Assembly: GCA_965153355.1 (NCBI GenBank) | Contig: OZ231126.1 | Coordinates: forward strand, 41,540,001 to 41,604,000 | Length of the DNA stretch: 64,000 nt | Direction of reading: 5' to 3' | Origin: Flaccisagitta enflata | Taxonomy: Eukaryota | Part shown: piece by piece, positions 11,401-28,779 of the stretch | Position numbering within the stretch: position 1 is the stretch's first letter | Layout: each line of letters begins with the position of its first letter | Made by a program: the position numbers and the translations under genes | The notes under the pieces: generated by a model | Seen by the model: the letters and a program-made list of their open reading frames with translations, nothing else | Told to the model about the DNA's origin: nothing | Databases searched by the model: none

Positions 11401-14400
11401 AAAACGCTAAGTTTTGAGAGAGAGAGAGAAAGGCACATGGGCCTGTCTATTAGTAACTATAGATGATGAGTGATTGAAACTTGACTTGTTATATTTACAA
11501 AGAGTTGTTATTATTCATATTTGGTTCTGATTATCCATGCTTTCATCTTTCCTCTTGTCAATTATGTTGTCCATTTTCATTTACACATCAAACACTGATT
11601 CATTCGCTCTGTCTATATGTACATATTATTGTGCCAAAATCCGCTCTTACCATTATCTGCTCTCAATACTAACATTTCAAAAAAGCCGCTGACGACGTTA
11701 TTCCATCTACGAAGTCAGTTCGCATCTTGAAGTCGCTCGCCGGAGTCAAGATGTCCCGTCAGCAGCGTCTCGAGGCAGAGGCCGACGTGTCGACGTCGTA
11801 CGGATCCTTGGATCTTCATCGACTCTTCAACGACGGCTCAACTCTAGAAGGATCTGCATCCACGACGTCGTTCGGGCGGAGGAGGAGGTTGACGCGTTGG
11901 CAGCTTTCAATGGCGACCTTCGCCCATTGCCGACGCAAAATGGCGAAGAAAGGCTAACAAGATTGTGATGTTTGAAAATCACAATAGCCATCCAACGCCA
12001 AGTGATTCCATGTCGCTTCTCCATTGTGGTCATCAGATGAGGTTTTGAGGCGATCTCGAACACCGCTGCCGACGTGATTCTATTCACCACGCGGCGGTGT
12101 TCGTTATCATTGGATTTGCTCTACCGCCTCGCCAATTCTGCCTTGATTGCCCCAGCCGCCCCCGGGGATCGCCGCCTGCAGCTGCACGCCAACCGAAGCG
12201 GGCGTAAGAGAGAGAGAACGGTCAATGATGAGGCAAGAGGGAGGAGAGGGGATGGAACAGAGGGAGGAGGTGTTGTGAATGGGGAGGCGGTGGAGAAAGA
12301 CATTGACCCGAAAGTGGACACTCGCGACGCCGAAGAGAAGCACCAACGGATGCAGGCGCGTTGGTGGTATCGTATCATCAGCCGACGTCGAAGTATTCCT
12401 CTCTTCAAAGAGCTGACAAACTTCTCTGCGTGCTGCAATAAACAAAAACTGCTTCATCGGCTAATCAAACAGAGCTTGGCTCGAAGACTCTGGAGCGCAG
12501 AAACTAAAGTAAATAAAGAAGGAGGGAGCATGATATGATGTTCGCCGCATGGTCCATGGCGATGGTTATAGAAGAATGTGCTCAGTGCCTCTGATGCAGC
12601 TAAGAACTTATCCGCAGCAACTTCATAAGGCTTCCAACTCACCAGCGGTATTTAGGCTCGACAGCCGCAGCTACATCAGCGGCAATTCACTCTACAGCAT
12701 CAGGAAGTCACAATCGCGCCTGGATTGTCTATCCCCCCCAAATCAGGGGCAAGAGCAACAGGGAACTTCATGGACATCACTTCCTCACAGCACCGAAGAG
12801 ATCACGCTGGGGAGAAAACTCTACAAACGCGTTAATGTGTTTTAGTCAACAAAGGCCAGATCCCCAAAAGCAAAGGCCCTTCAAGCTTCCAGGCGCGCCT
12901 GCAGCACGCCCAGCGCCCGAGGAGAAGCTTCAAGTGGTTCGTCGACGGCACCAGTAACCCAGGCAAGCTGAATCAGCGCCTGCAGCGCAGCAAAGGGAAG
13001 AAGACCAAGAGAGCTGGGAATAGCTTATTAAAGCAGCAACCAAGGGAGGTTCTACTTGTGGTGCTTCAGTGTCCGCTGTTAAACCTCAAGTCCCTGGTCA
13101 GCAGACGGGAGCGGCTTCCTTTCACTACAGGCCAAGCAGCGGTAGGAAGTAACTAGTTGGCGTGCTTCAGCATCTGTTAAAGCTGGTGTAGCGCCTCGTC
13201 AGCAAACAGAGTCTGCCCAAGGTCTGCAGCAAGTGCAAAACCCGCCTCCCCCGTCGGATCCAGCCTTTGATCCTGCGCATGGACAATTACACGCTGAGTC
13301 ATTGTTACGAGAGTTTCTTCACTGACCTCAATGCTCCATTGGGGGTGGTGAAGAATTTAGCAACAAGGCTTCCAAAGACTTCTTCTGCCGGTTCCTCCCG
13401 CGTCAACGAAGAAGTGGCTTCTGCAAGTCTTAGACGAGAGGATTCACAACATCTAAAAGGAGAGAGATTTATGCTCGCAAGCAGCGATGGCTGCGGACAA
13501 TGAGGTGGTCAAAGGCAATAAGCGAGTCGTGGAACTGGAGAAGCAGTTTGAAAAGGAGAAGCAGGCCTGTGCGATGCTGGCTAAGAAGAAAGAGGAAGCC
13601 GTGGAACGCGCAAAGGCGGTTATGGCCGCCGACTTCACAACCGCGTCCGCTGTGCGTCCTAAATTTCGACTGGCGCCGAATTGTGATGCAGCATCTCCAC
13701 CTCCAGCGTCTTCTCCTGCAGAAAAGTCGGTCAGCAGATCCTGTCGCAAAGACGCTCCCAAGCTCTGGAAATAAGAAAACTGAACCAGGCCTTGAAAAAA
13801 TCAGACCGCCAGTTAAATACTGATTGGTGCCACGCCCAGTTGCTGTTCAATTTAACTACCAATTTGCAACATGGCGGGGAGAGCGCCGCCATTCGCTGAG
13901 GATCGTACTCCACCATCACATCCTCATCCCATCGATGGACAGGCCGGCCCAGTTCGGGGCGCTACCCAAAGCGTGGAAATGACGCCCGCCCCAGGGCCTG
14001 GCGTAAAACGCCCGCGTAAGTATCATGGTTTGGGAAGGGTTGAAGTTGAGTTTTGTGGTAAATTTGAATCTGTGTACGATAAGAACTTTACTAATCAATC
14101 TGCCCCATTCTTTCTCTTTTCTTTCTTCCCTCGGGGAGGATACATTCTCAGACGGCTGCACCACCTGCGCCTTTCGATGCGGTCGCCGTTGACGACATCA
14201 TTCATCGCCTTTCGCCCACGGACTGACAAGATGTTGGAGCCTCCGGAGTGACCCGCTCGTCTCTGTAATGGAGAAGGCGCAGGTGATGGTTGTTCCATGA
14301 TGCTTACTAATTTTTTTTTCTTACAGATTCGTTTTTATATATAGTTAGTAATTTATTTATTTTGTCTTGTTTTGTTTGGTTCCTTGGAACATGTACATTT

Positions 14401-17400
14401 TGTTGTGTTTGTTTTAGACATGGTCTTTTTAGTCATTATTACGAATACTTTCGTATGACATGTTTTAGTAGTATGCCCCACTTATTATTTTCCACTCTCA
14501 AGTCAAATCCCAGGCTTGGAGTGCTCCAGGCCTGTTCCCTTCCCTTCCCTTAACCAGGGCTAAGTCACCTTCTCGTCGCCGCCTCGTCTCCATCCGCGTC
14601 ATCGTTGATCGTCGAAAAATTGCTGGTGGTGGATCCTTTCCGGACGGGAATCATCATTCGTGCAGTCGTCGATCTGTTGATAGTTAGGGTGGGGATGTAA
14701 GAGGCGGTGGACGGGGAAAGGGGTTGTGTCTATGTAAATTTTTTTTTAAGGCAGTATCGGTTTTTAGTAGGGTTTCCCTGACTGAAACTAGATGATTTTG
14801 AAATTCGTGAAATTCAAAATGGGCAGAATGTTAGAAATATGTCCGTCCGTTTATTAAGTATGTGTGCTTTTGTTTCTTTTGCGTGCTTTTGGCTTTTCTT
14901 CTTTCTCTATTATTCAATGCCAGCGTCTTTTGTTTCTCGCCATTTTTCATAATGAACGCTAGATGGGTAACCATATGGTTGCGCCTTGTATTTTGTGCCA
15001 TTTGTTTTTATTACGTAGCCAAACGTACGTAACTCGTCTTTCGTATCATCCAATTTTGGATTGATTGCTTTTATTTATTTACGGCATTGCTTCCTAAAGT
15101 GATTGATTGATTTTTCGTGATTGATTGAATGTGCCCTTGGAATTCACTAATTTCAATAATCTCTCATCTTTTTATTGCAGATAAACTTATGAACGGACAA
15201 TTAACGTTAGTTTGACTTCGACAGACTGTGGGTTGAAACCAACGAAAGTGGGCCTAAAAGTAAGTTTATAGACGCGTCTTTGCTTTTATTAACGTTGTTT
15301 TTATCTTGTCTTCCGGTCTGTTATTCTTGTCTTTTGCGTTTTGCATTTTTATCGCCGGATTTTAGTATGGTTTTTATCGCTTGCCCGATCAGCTTACTAT
15401 GGGGATGATATGGATGAATCTAATGGGATAGGCCGGGGCAGGGGCAGGTATTATCAGGTGGCATGGGCTCTGAAGAAGATGAACATGTTGTCATGTGCTG
15501 TTTCTGTCCTTTATTGTGTCCTGTCTCGATTTCATGTTATCTTTTGCGTTTGCTGATCACCATTAACGCCCACTTTCCCTTTCATTTTTCCCCCTCTCTT
15601 CAGTTGTTGAAATTTTTATGGAATAAACGAGACGATCGCCTTCCTATTTTCCAATCGGCCAACTTTCTTTCACCACAAGTCGTCAGTCAGATAGACGCTC
15701 ATAGACAGTGCCAGTTGAAACTCGTGGGCGTATTCATAGATACTCATTTAACGCCTTCACCGTTTTTCTTTTTTCAAATTTCTGTCATATTCCGTTTTTT
15801 TTTCAAAAACCCTGTTTTGCCCCTGATATGCATAACGTCGTAATCATGTTATCAACTGTTCATCCTTCGCCTTGTCATAGTGGGCGTTTTAATTACTTTT
15901 TAATGCTGCTATCTTACGTAAAGCTTTGGGGAAGTGTCTGGGTTAATCATATCAAATTCAATGAAACAGTAAGATGGTCCTTTTTGGTTTATCAATTTGT
16001 TTCTTGGTGAACGAGAGTGCAGACGTTGCGTTAGATTTCGATCGCAAAAAAAAAAACGGTTGCCGGTGGAATTTTGGAAAAAGGAAAACGGCGATCTTTT
16101 TTAAATCAACAGCCCCATATTGAGTCAGCGTTATGGTCTCAAACTCAAACTCAAACTACATACATGAACCACACATGCGGCGGACACGGCTTGTATAGCC
16201 GGAAACACGAACAAAGTAGTGCAATCCTCACACTCAAACATGGGAGATGCGACAAACTTGGCAAAACGCCGCAGATGCAGCGGATGCGGCTCTTGAATTA
16301 GAAACTCGGACACGATCATGCAATTATGAATTATATCCTCAGATTAACAAAGATGCCGCGAACATGACCAACGTGCCAGATGTAGGTATAGAAAGTATTT
16401 TTTTGAGGATCCTAAAAACTCTCTGCCGTCCTGGTTTTCTTATTATATTGGTGCTGACAGGTGTAAAAACAAAGGTTTTAGACATTTTTTGGCAAAAAAA
16501 TCAATTTCTATATGTTTAGCAAGAATGAAAATAAGGTGCTAAATTCCGAGAAGTTTTTGAAGCCTATTTTTTCATCTTTTTTTAAATTTTCAGCCACCAT
16601 TGACCAATTCCTATGGTCAATTTTTGTATTTGACTAAATGCCACGTAAAAATTCTTCAATTTAAGCCCAACCGGAGGTTGCTAACTCAATTATTTGAAGA
16701 GATATACCAAAATGAAGGCAAATGGTCTGAAGTCGGAATGGATCAATTTCTGCAGTTCTGAAAGATTGTCTTGTTTTCTGTATAACTTCTAAACGAATCG
16801 AGCTACAGACCTGGGATTGGTCTTGTTTTGAAGATATTTGTCAGAATAGTATGCAAAATTGCAATGCTGAATGAATTGCAGGCTGACAACCGCCCCGTCA
16901 ACGCAACTTCAGGACCCTCCAAGGATCAGAATGATACGTCGTAAGATAGCAACAACTAGAGCTCAGTCCTGCGACGTCAAAGGATCACCAAAAACGATTT
17001 ATATTTTTAACCTAACATCCTTTTAAGAACCAACTTGTTAACAGCACCCTTAGGCTAAAGTAGGCATATCAACTAATTGGAACCGCGCCCAGAATATTTT
17101 CCAAGCGATGTTAATCAAACTTTTTGGCTGTTTTACCCATCCAAAGAGTCCCGTAAATCGGTCAAAACGTTGATGATCAAAAGACTGAAAACAGCGTTGG
17201 GAAGAATTTTTTACGATCTTTCTGATGGTGCCAGTTTTAGATACTCTCGATGTCAAACAAGGCCGGATACACGGCCACCAGTTGCGGACGAGTGGGCAAG
17301 GGCGGATATGCATGTTTTTCCACTTTTCGACTTGTGCTGACCGACGGACGGACGGACGGACGGACGGATGGATGGACGGATGGACCGACGGACCAATGGA

Positions 17401-17584
17401 CCAACAAAGCCTCTTATAGAGTTGCGTGTCCGCATCTAAAAAAGTAAAATTTCCACACTTTTTTCTTTCTTCTCACGCTTTGTATTAATTTGAACGCTCT
17501 TCTAGCCATGATTTTTGGATTCCCTTTCATTTTTGCTTTCCAAAATTGTTTTTGGAATTTCTTGGAGCCCCCTCCTTTGATCTT

Positions 17585-18676
<1,092 letters not shown>

Positions 18677-19686
18677 ACGAAGAAAACTTATTTTCCCAAT
18701 AAAACGGTCAATGCCATTGAAAATAGTGTGAAATTTAGATCATTTTCCTTCTTTTATGTATTTCCTGTATTATAGTTTGTCTCAGGCAATCGAGGAAATT
18801 CCGTTAGATTGCGCGCAAAGACTTGGTTGCGTTAAAAGAAAACAAAAAACATGGCTGAAGAATGGGGATGAAAAAAATCACAATACCGGTTACTTTTGGT
18901 TTTACAAAATCGCTTCCTGACAATGTCTGACAAGGAGAAAAAAAATTCTGAAAAATGATTTAAAAAGCTCTCGTTTGGGGTCGTCGGGTGCGCGGTGCAA
19001 GAAAACGGGTAGACTTGACAGAAAGGTATGAGAAGGAAAAGAAAGAAAGATTGAATTAAAAATGATACTTCCCGACGTCGAAAAGTCCTGAAAAGCGCAC
19101 CATCTGAAAGAGCACAAAAAGATCTTCCGGACGCATATTTTGTTTTGGATCATTTTACAATTTTGATCGATTTTTCGGGCCTTTCCGCACACTCAAACAG
19201 CCGCAATTTTCCGTCGTTTCGTTCTGAAAAAAATTTCAAGCGCGATTCGAATTACTTATAAAACCTACCAGATGCGATCGATGCAGCTTTTAAAAGGTTG
19301 GAACTTGGCCAATGTCTCGCAATCTTCAGACTAAGGCAAACTTGGCGTATGCGGGAACAAGGTTGAGGCGGCGAATGCGGGTCAGACAAGGTCAGATGTT
19401 CCTCAGGGTGCGGCAAACGAGGCGTGTAAGGGACATGGTCACGCGTTCTCTTTGACTGCGATGGACGCTTTGCTTGAGAGCGGAAGACGAGTTCAGACAG
19501 GGTCATGACCAGTCACGTCAACTTCAACTCATATTCTCGTCGAAATTGGGGAAATAAAGAGGAGGAAGTAAGTTTTCACGCCTCCAGACTACACGTAAGC
19601 TTCAAACAGAAACGGAACGAAGATAAATCAAAATAAAATTCGAAGTTTAAAGCAAAAATATGATGATATATGTTATAAATGTTATG

Positions 19687-20238
19687 CAGAAGATGTCGTC
19701 TAGACTTGGAAATACATAACAAGAAGACAATTTTACTTATTAGACTGATATTTAGAATATAGACTAATAAAAGGATGCTTTATTGCCCATAGGTGTTGGT
19801 TGCCATGGAAACACATTTCTACGTATTCGTGCTAAAGTATAAATATTTTGAGAAATTTTTTGAGGGAACATTGTTTAGAAAAAAATTAGCTACAACTTTC
19901 CCACAATATGTTCAGTAAGAATATTGCTCGTTTAGCCGTTGCTAGGGAGTGTAACTATGTGTGACTACCCTGTAATGCTCCCAAGCAACCGCCAAACAAG
20001 TGATATTCTTACAGAACATATTGTGGGAAAGTTGTAGCAAATTTTATTTTAAACAATGTTCCCACAAAAAATTTCTCAAAATATTGATACTTTAGCGTAA
20101 ATACATGGAAATGTGTTTCCATAGCAACCAACACTCATGGGCTTTTATTAGTTAATATTCCAAATATCAGTCTCTTAAGTTTATTTGTTTTCCTGTAATG
20201 AATTTCCTCTTATTTCCAAGTCTAGACGACATCTACTG
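19687..20238. mobile_element. Tc1/mariner-like fold-back MITE
   Basis: Long TIRs CAG(T/A)AGATGTCGTCTAGACTTGGAAATA; TA on the right flank, TG on the left. Confidence 0.85.
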
Positions 20239-20242
20239 TATA

Positions 20243-20852
20243 CTATCTTGCTCATAAATATACGGACACCTACTCATGATTATAGCAACTAAACTTCAAT
20301 ATCCAATATAAAAATGAAAGAAGATTTATAAAATATGACAAAAACTCTTCCATTCAAGACCAAGCAAAGCTTAGTAGCTCAATCTATTTTCAAATGACAG
20401 CGTTTTGAAGAAAAACTGTCATTTTACCAATATCGAATTCAGAGGTTTTAAGTTCATATCTACAAAGGACAACGTATAAAGAAAGATCTCTTAAATCAAA
20501 ACAGATTGGCAAAAATAATTCTGCTTGGCCTCATTAGATCACATTTTTACTAATTTTTTTGAATGTTGAAAAAAATGAAGGCTGTAGTTCAACATATTGC
20601 TCTAAAATTATTTTAAATCAAAGGAAAACAAAAAAAAATCAATGGTTTTTGATGCTTTTTAGAAAAATCAATGGTAAACTGATTTAAGTTAAAAAATCAT
20701 TGACCAATCAGATAGAAACTTGAAACAAAAGGAGTTGATAGATCAAAATACCATATAATGACTAAAAATTGATTCATTTGAATATGTAATTCATTCAGTG
20801 AGTCAATATTCTTATTTTCATCAAGCTGTCCGTATATTTATGAGCTAGATGG
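20243..20852. mobile_element. TA-flanked MITE
   Basis: TIR C(C/T)ATCT(A/T)GCTCATAAATATACGGACA; a related lone end at ~49874-49900. Confidence 0.8.
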
Positions 20853-21344
20853 TATGTTCAGATTTGATTGTGGTCGTCAACTTGCATTCCGTTAATACAT
20901 ATACTGCCAATGAATGCGTAAAAAATCTGATTTTAAAAGCAGAAAATTCTACGTATTTTTGTATATGAGTAGACCTTGTTCATTGGGAAATCAATAACAT
21001 GGTTGTTCACGGAACCATGCGCTACAACAGTCAAAGAAAACGCGTGGTTCTGTTAGCTGTAGTTTTTAGTTGGTTTGTTGTGGTTTGTATCTGTCAACAC
21101 TAATGACGAACAATGGATCATTGATTGTTAAAAATTTAGGTTTTTACTGATATCAATATATGTATTACTAGTAGAGCCACCTGCAGCGAGGAGGAACGAA
21201 TTCAATTGAGATTTGCAGGAAAAAATGTTTTATTTGACATTAGGAAAAGAGAGAGGTTGTCTGCTTTAGCTAGCAGAACCGAGATCCTGCAGAGAGACTG
21301 ACAGACATCGAAATGCGCCGGAAGTTCACCTTAAAAGGAGGAAA

Positions 21345-24200
<2,856 letters not shown>

Positions 24201-24881
24201 AAAGCGCATACGTTAATACTGACACATAAACCACACCTTTAGTGGCGATTGCCAGACAATCAGTTCGTCGACCAGGTCGTTGCTTTATGGCGACACTTAC
24301 TTATTTATCGCCCAGGTGCAATGCTTCCGCTCGCACGAGGAAAGGAAAAAAAGATTTATTTTATTGTTACCTTCGTGATAAGAATGGATTAAAAAGAGGA
24401 AAGTCACTGTGAAACACAATTTGTTGTATTCCCCTTTGATTTTGTCGGCTATTGGACCATTTTTAAAAGTTAGACTTATTCAAAAGCAAGACTTGGTGTT
24501 CAAATTCCTCCACCCCCTTCCCCACTACATTCTAAGCCCATTCATGTTTTCTATCAGAGGAAAGAGAAGAAGAATAAATGTTTTTCATGAATGAATGTTT
24601 TTTTTTATGAATGAATGTTTTCTAAGAATGAATGTTTTTTTATGAATGAATGTTTTCTTTTATGAACTAATGTCATTTATGAATGACTGAATTGCTAAAT
24701 GTATGCTACTTTTACGGGGTAAAGACCACTTTTCTGTTAAAACAAGGCCAACACCTTACAGTCGCGTGCGGTTGTTAAGAGAAAAAGACCAAAAGACCAA
24801 AAGACTAAGAGACTAAGAGACAGAGACTAAGAGACTAAGAAACCAAAATGACTTTTTATAACTTAAAACGACTTTAAATTA

Positions 24882-26022
24882 GGGTGACTGAAAATATGGT
24901 CATATTTGAATCTGGTCTCCCTCGCGGGAGAAATGATACCATTTCCATCACAGATGATAACCCTAAAATCTGGTGGCAATCAAATGAAGTTTGCTCATGG
25001 CCGCAACCCCCCCTCATTTCCCATAGAAAATGTACAGGAAGGCTTTTGGCCTCTGCAGCTTCTTATCTTTTATAATGGGAATGGGGTGGGGTTGCGGCCA
25101 TGAGTAATGGACGGCGGATACCCGCTTTTAACCTACCGTAGGTTTGTTAATAGCTATTACCCGGCTTATCGGTAACTACTAATTGATGCGGTTACGATCG
25201 GTCATGGCTAATGACCTATCTCCTCTTCCTCTTCCTCTTCCTGTGCCCTTATCTCATGCTATTGTTTGTAGAACCAAGACACGCGTCGACGTATGTTTCT
25301 GTGACCGTTGAACATTATTTTTATTGTAGTTCTCAAGTGTTAAATGACTCTGCCCACTGCTCTACACCGTCACTATGTTGGCCTTGTATCTCTTACTGGT
25401 GTTTTGCAATTTATCAATGGAACCGAGTTTGTCAAAATTAAGCACGATTTTTGCATGTAGCTATTTTTTTTAACAACATTAGCGCTGATAAATGATTTAA
25501 TCACTGCAGTAAATTTTGGGATGAAAGCAAGACTTATGATATATGCATCCATCATGTTTAATGATCATTTGCTAAATCTATTTTGTATTAAAAGTAAATA
25601 AAGATAAAACATAAAACATAATAAAGAAATAAAAAAAATATGCAACCATAGTATAATCCAAGTTTACAAAATGAAAAACTTAAAAAATATATCTTTTAAA
25701 AATCTATCATTGCTATTCTTGGATGATCAGCAATTTTCATACATGCAAAAAAATGTCATTTTGTCAAAAAAAAAAAACCCGATGATAACCGCAACCGAAA
25801 GTCGGTTATAGCAGTATCCGAACCGAACCTATATCCGCGAATATTAATTAAATAATTGAACCTAATTGAACCGTTTTTTGATAGCCAGATCGCCGAAGTA
25901 TAGCCATGAGTAAACTTTGTCTGATCATCTCCAGATTTTAGAGTTATCATCTATGATGGAAATGGTCACATTTCTCCCGCAAGGAAGACGAGATTCGGAT
26001 TTGACCATATTTTAAGTCACCC
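24882..26022. mobile_element. TA-flanked fold-back MITE with a nested hAT-like element
   Basis: GGGTGACT...AGTCACCC, long TIRs, TA flanks. Confidence 0.82.
25105..25902 (-). mobile_element. hAT-like non-autonomous element
   Basis: 8-bp TSD GCCATGAG (25097-25104, 25903-25910); one end homologous to 8510-8720. Confidence 0.8.
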
Positions 26023-26344
26023 TACTTTAAATGATGTAAAACGGCGAAAAAAAGCAAAGCGTTACCGACCGACCGACAGACAGACAGACAGACAGACAGA
26101 CGGACAGAGTGGGTCATAGAGTCGCGTGCAAGCAACTAAAAATGCGTGATTTTGATGTTTTTAATGAATGCGTTACCGTCCAACCGACCAACCGACCAAC
26201 CAACGGACACAGCCTATTATAGAGATGCGAGGACGCATCTAGAAAGAATTATCAGTTGCCTTCTGGTTTCAAGAACGCCGAGACCCGAGAGATGGAGATA
26301 AAGAGATAAGAGGACGATCAGCGTGGGAAAGGGTCGAGTGACTC

Positions 26345-27600
26345 CATGAGAGTGGTTGGGTCAAAGGACCATGTAATGATGATGACGACGCCAAAACATA
26401 ATAGTTACCGACAACAACCGCCATGTAAAAGGGCCAAGAGACTGAATAATAGTGGCTAGGTCAAAGGCGCATGTAATGAAGATGACAACGCCAAGACATA
26501 ACAGTCACCGACACCAACCGCCATGTAAAAGGGCCAAGAGACTCAATAATTTGGAAAAAAGTCGAAGAATACCTTCGGCGGAAATCGATTTTCCCCTTTT
26601 TCTCATGAGTCGTTTGCGGAAGTTGATAAGCTTTTGGGCCCAAATGGTACTACGCATGGAATTGATAGCTAAGAAGGTGCTAATTCTCCTTTTTCAGATG
26701 ACACCAAGCAGAATTCTGTGTGATTGATAATTTGGGAGCTATGATTTTTTAAATCTTTTTTTATTTTTCCGTGTTTTTGGCATTTTCCCAAAAACGAGGA
26801 ATTGAGTTAGTTGAAGTCTAATTGAACTTTGAAATGTTCCAGGTGATAATTGTGCATCCTGGCAGCACAGTCTAACTCTCATTTCAACTCAAGACTATAA
26901 GAGGCTTTATCCGTCAGTCAATCCATTGGTCTGTTGGTCCGTTTGTCCGTCCAAGTGGAAAAACAATGGGTCTAGATGCTTGTGTGTGAGGGTGGGGTGT
27001 GGATGGGGGTTGGATGCCCCTGTCCACTTGTCCGCAACTCTCGTTTTTTCTCTCAGCATTTACGACTTTTTTCCTACGGCGATTAGCCGCCTTTATTGGT
27101 AGTGGCTAGGTCAAAGGAGCATGTAATGACGATGACGACGCCAAGACATAACAGTTACCAACAACAACCGCCATGTAACAGGGCCAAGTGACTCTACGAT
27201 AGTGGCTGGGTCAAAGCAGTGGCTGGGTAAAAGCAGTGACTGGGTCAATGGAGCACATGTTGATGTTGATGAAGCCGTGAATCAAGGCCCGTGATCAAAA
27301 GATACCAATGCAAAGACTATGTGGGTCTAAAGACCTCACAAGAGTGTATAGGTGAATTCAAAGGAGCATGCACTGATGGTGACAATGCTGAGACCCAAGT
27401 AATAATGATGATGATTAACGCGAAAACGGATCGAGAAAGTTTATGATAGTGGGTGGGTCAAAGGAACATGCAATGATGATAATGATGCGGAGACAATAAT
27501 CAGGGTGCAAACGGATCGAATCCATGATAGTGGCAGGGTTAAAGAAGCATGAAATAATTGCTGGGTCAATAGAGCATGTACTGATGTACTGATGAAAGCA
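26345..27600 (+). repeat. Interrupted ~100-bp tandem repeat
   Basis: AGTGGCTAGGTCAAAGG..CATGTAATGA..GACGCCAAGACATAACAGTTACC..CCGCCATGTAA units at ~26351, 26451 and 27101, decaying after that. Confidence 0.75.
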
Positions 27601-27630
27601 GTAATATCGCATTCCACCTAGTTTTGAGTA

Positions 27631-27972
27631 CCGTATTTTTTCTAAAAAGCGCACCCCCTCCAAAAAGCCCCCCCCCTCTTATTTTCTTAGTGTTTCACTT
27701 TTCAGAAGAGATTTTGACAGAAATATTAAGTAAAATAATGAAATAATACAAACAATAAACCATTTTCAAAGACTTTCAAACAGATACGTGCAGACATGTG
27801 CAATGAATATCTCCATTATGACTTAGATTAAGCATTTTGGCAGCCTTTCATGAAAAATTTAGATTGAATGACAGTTCATCTAAAATATGAAAGGGCGCTA
27901 ATTGAAGGATTAAAAAGCAAAGTCATATTTCAATTTCAAGAGCGCCCGGGGCGCTTTTTAGAAAAAATACGG
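27631..27972. mobile_element. TA-flanked MITE
   Basis: TIR CCGTATTTTTTCTAAAAAGCGC. Confidence 0.85.
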
Positions 27973-27985
27973 TATATGCTTTATA

Positions 27986-28584
27986 CTATCTTAAAAATAG
28001 AAATGTTCCCACCTCTGAACTCAATCAAGTTATTGACTCAATAACCAATTCCAGTCAATCACAAATCTTTCAAATATTGGTGTTAGCTCCTTCTAGCTAA
28101 ATTATGGCCGCCATTTGTCAGGGAAGCGATTTGTAAAGCTTCTAGAGGCATTTTGTAGTGATAACATACCAGGCCTCCAGATAGATGCGCCAAATTGAGA
28201 CCAGAAACACTCACACATAAAAAAATATATGAAAAGCATACTTCTAGTCGGCCTAGTGCACTAAAATTTGAATTGAAGAGTTTCCAAACCTTAGTCCTAC
28301 TACAGTAAAAATTTCATCATGATCGGCCAACCAGAAGTATGTTTTTCTTGCTTTTATTTCTTATTTTTATAATCCGTGGCATATGTTTTAGGAAACTTTC
28401 AAAAGGAACAATTTCATTCAAATTAGAATAACTTTTAAGCCCATTGAGATAGAGACACGCGGTTTGCACAGATCGCTTGGAAATTTGAAGGGCTTCAGTT
28501 TGGTCACCGATTTTTTCAAAATTAGTTGAATTGTTTAGGATCTATGTATCAAAACGTGTGGGAACATTTCTATTTTTTAGATAG
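27986..28584. mobile_element. TA-flanked MITE
   Basis: TIR CTATCT(T/A)AAAAATAGAAATGTTCCCAC. Confidence 0.85.
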
Positions 28585-28731
28585 TATCTACCATTAATCA
28601 ATGAAAGGGTATGTCCAACTGCCTCTCTTATACTCTCTTATACTCCGTCTGTTATACTTCGTCTGTTTGTCTGTCTGTCAGTTCGTCAGTCTTTCTCGGC
28701 CTCTATCCGTTTCTGGCTGCCTCTGTCTCTG

Positions 28732-28779
<48 letters not shown>

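Larger units (their letters stand above)
24739..26142 (-). mobile_element. Family-A HINE hosting two nested elements
   Basis: AACAAGGCC..CAGTCGCGTGCGG at the left, GAGTCGCGTGCAAGCAACTAAAAA at the right. Confidence 0.65.
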
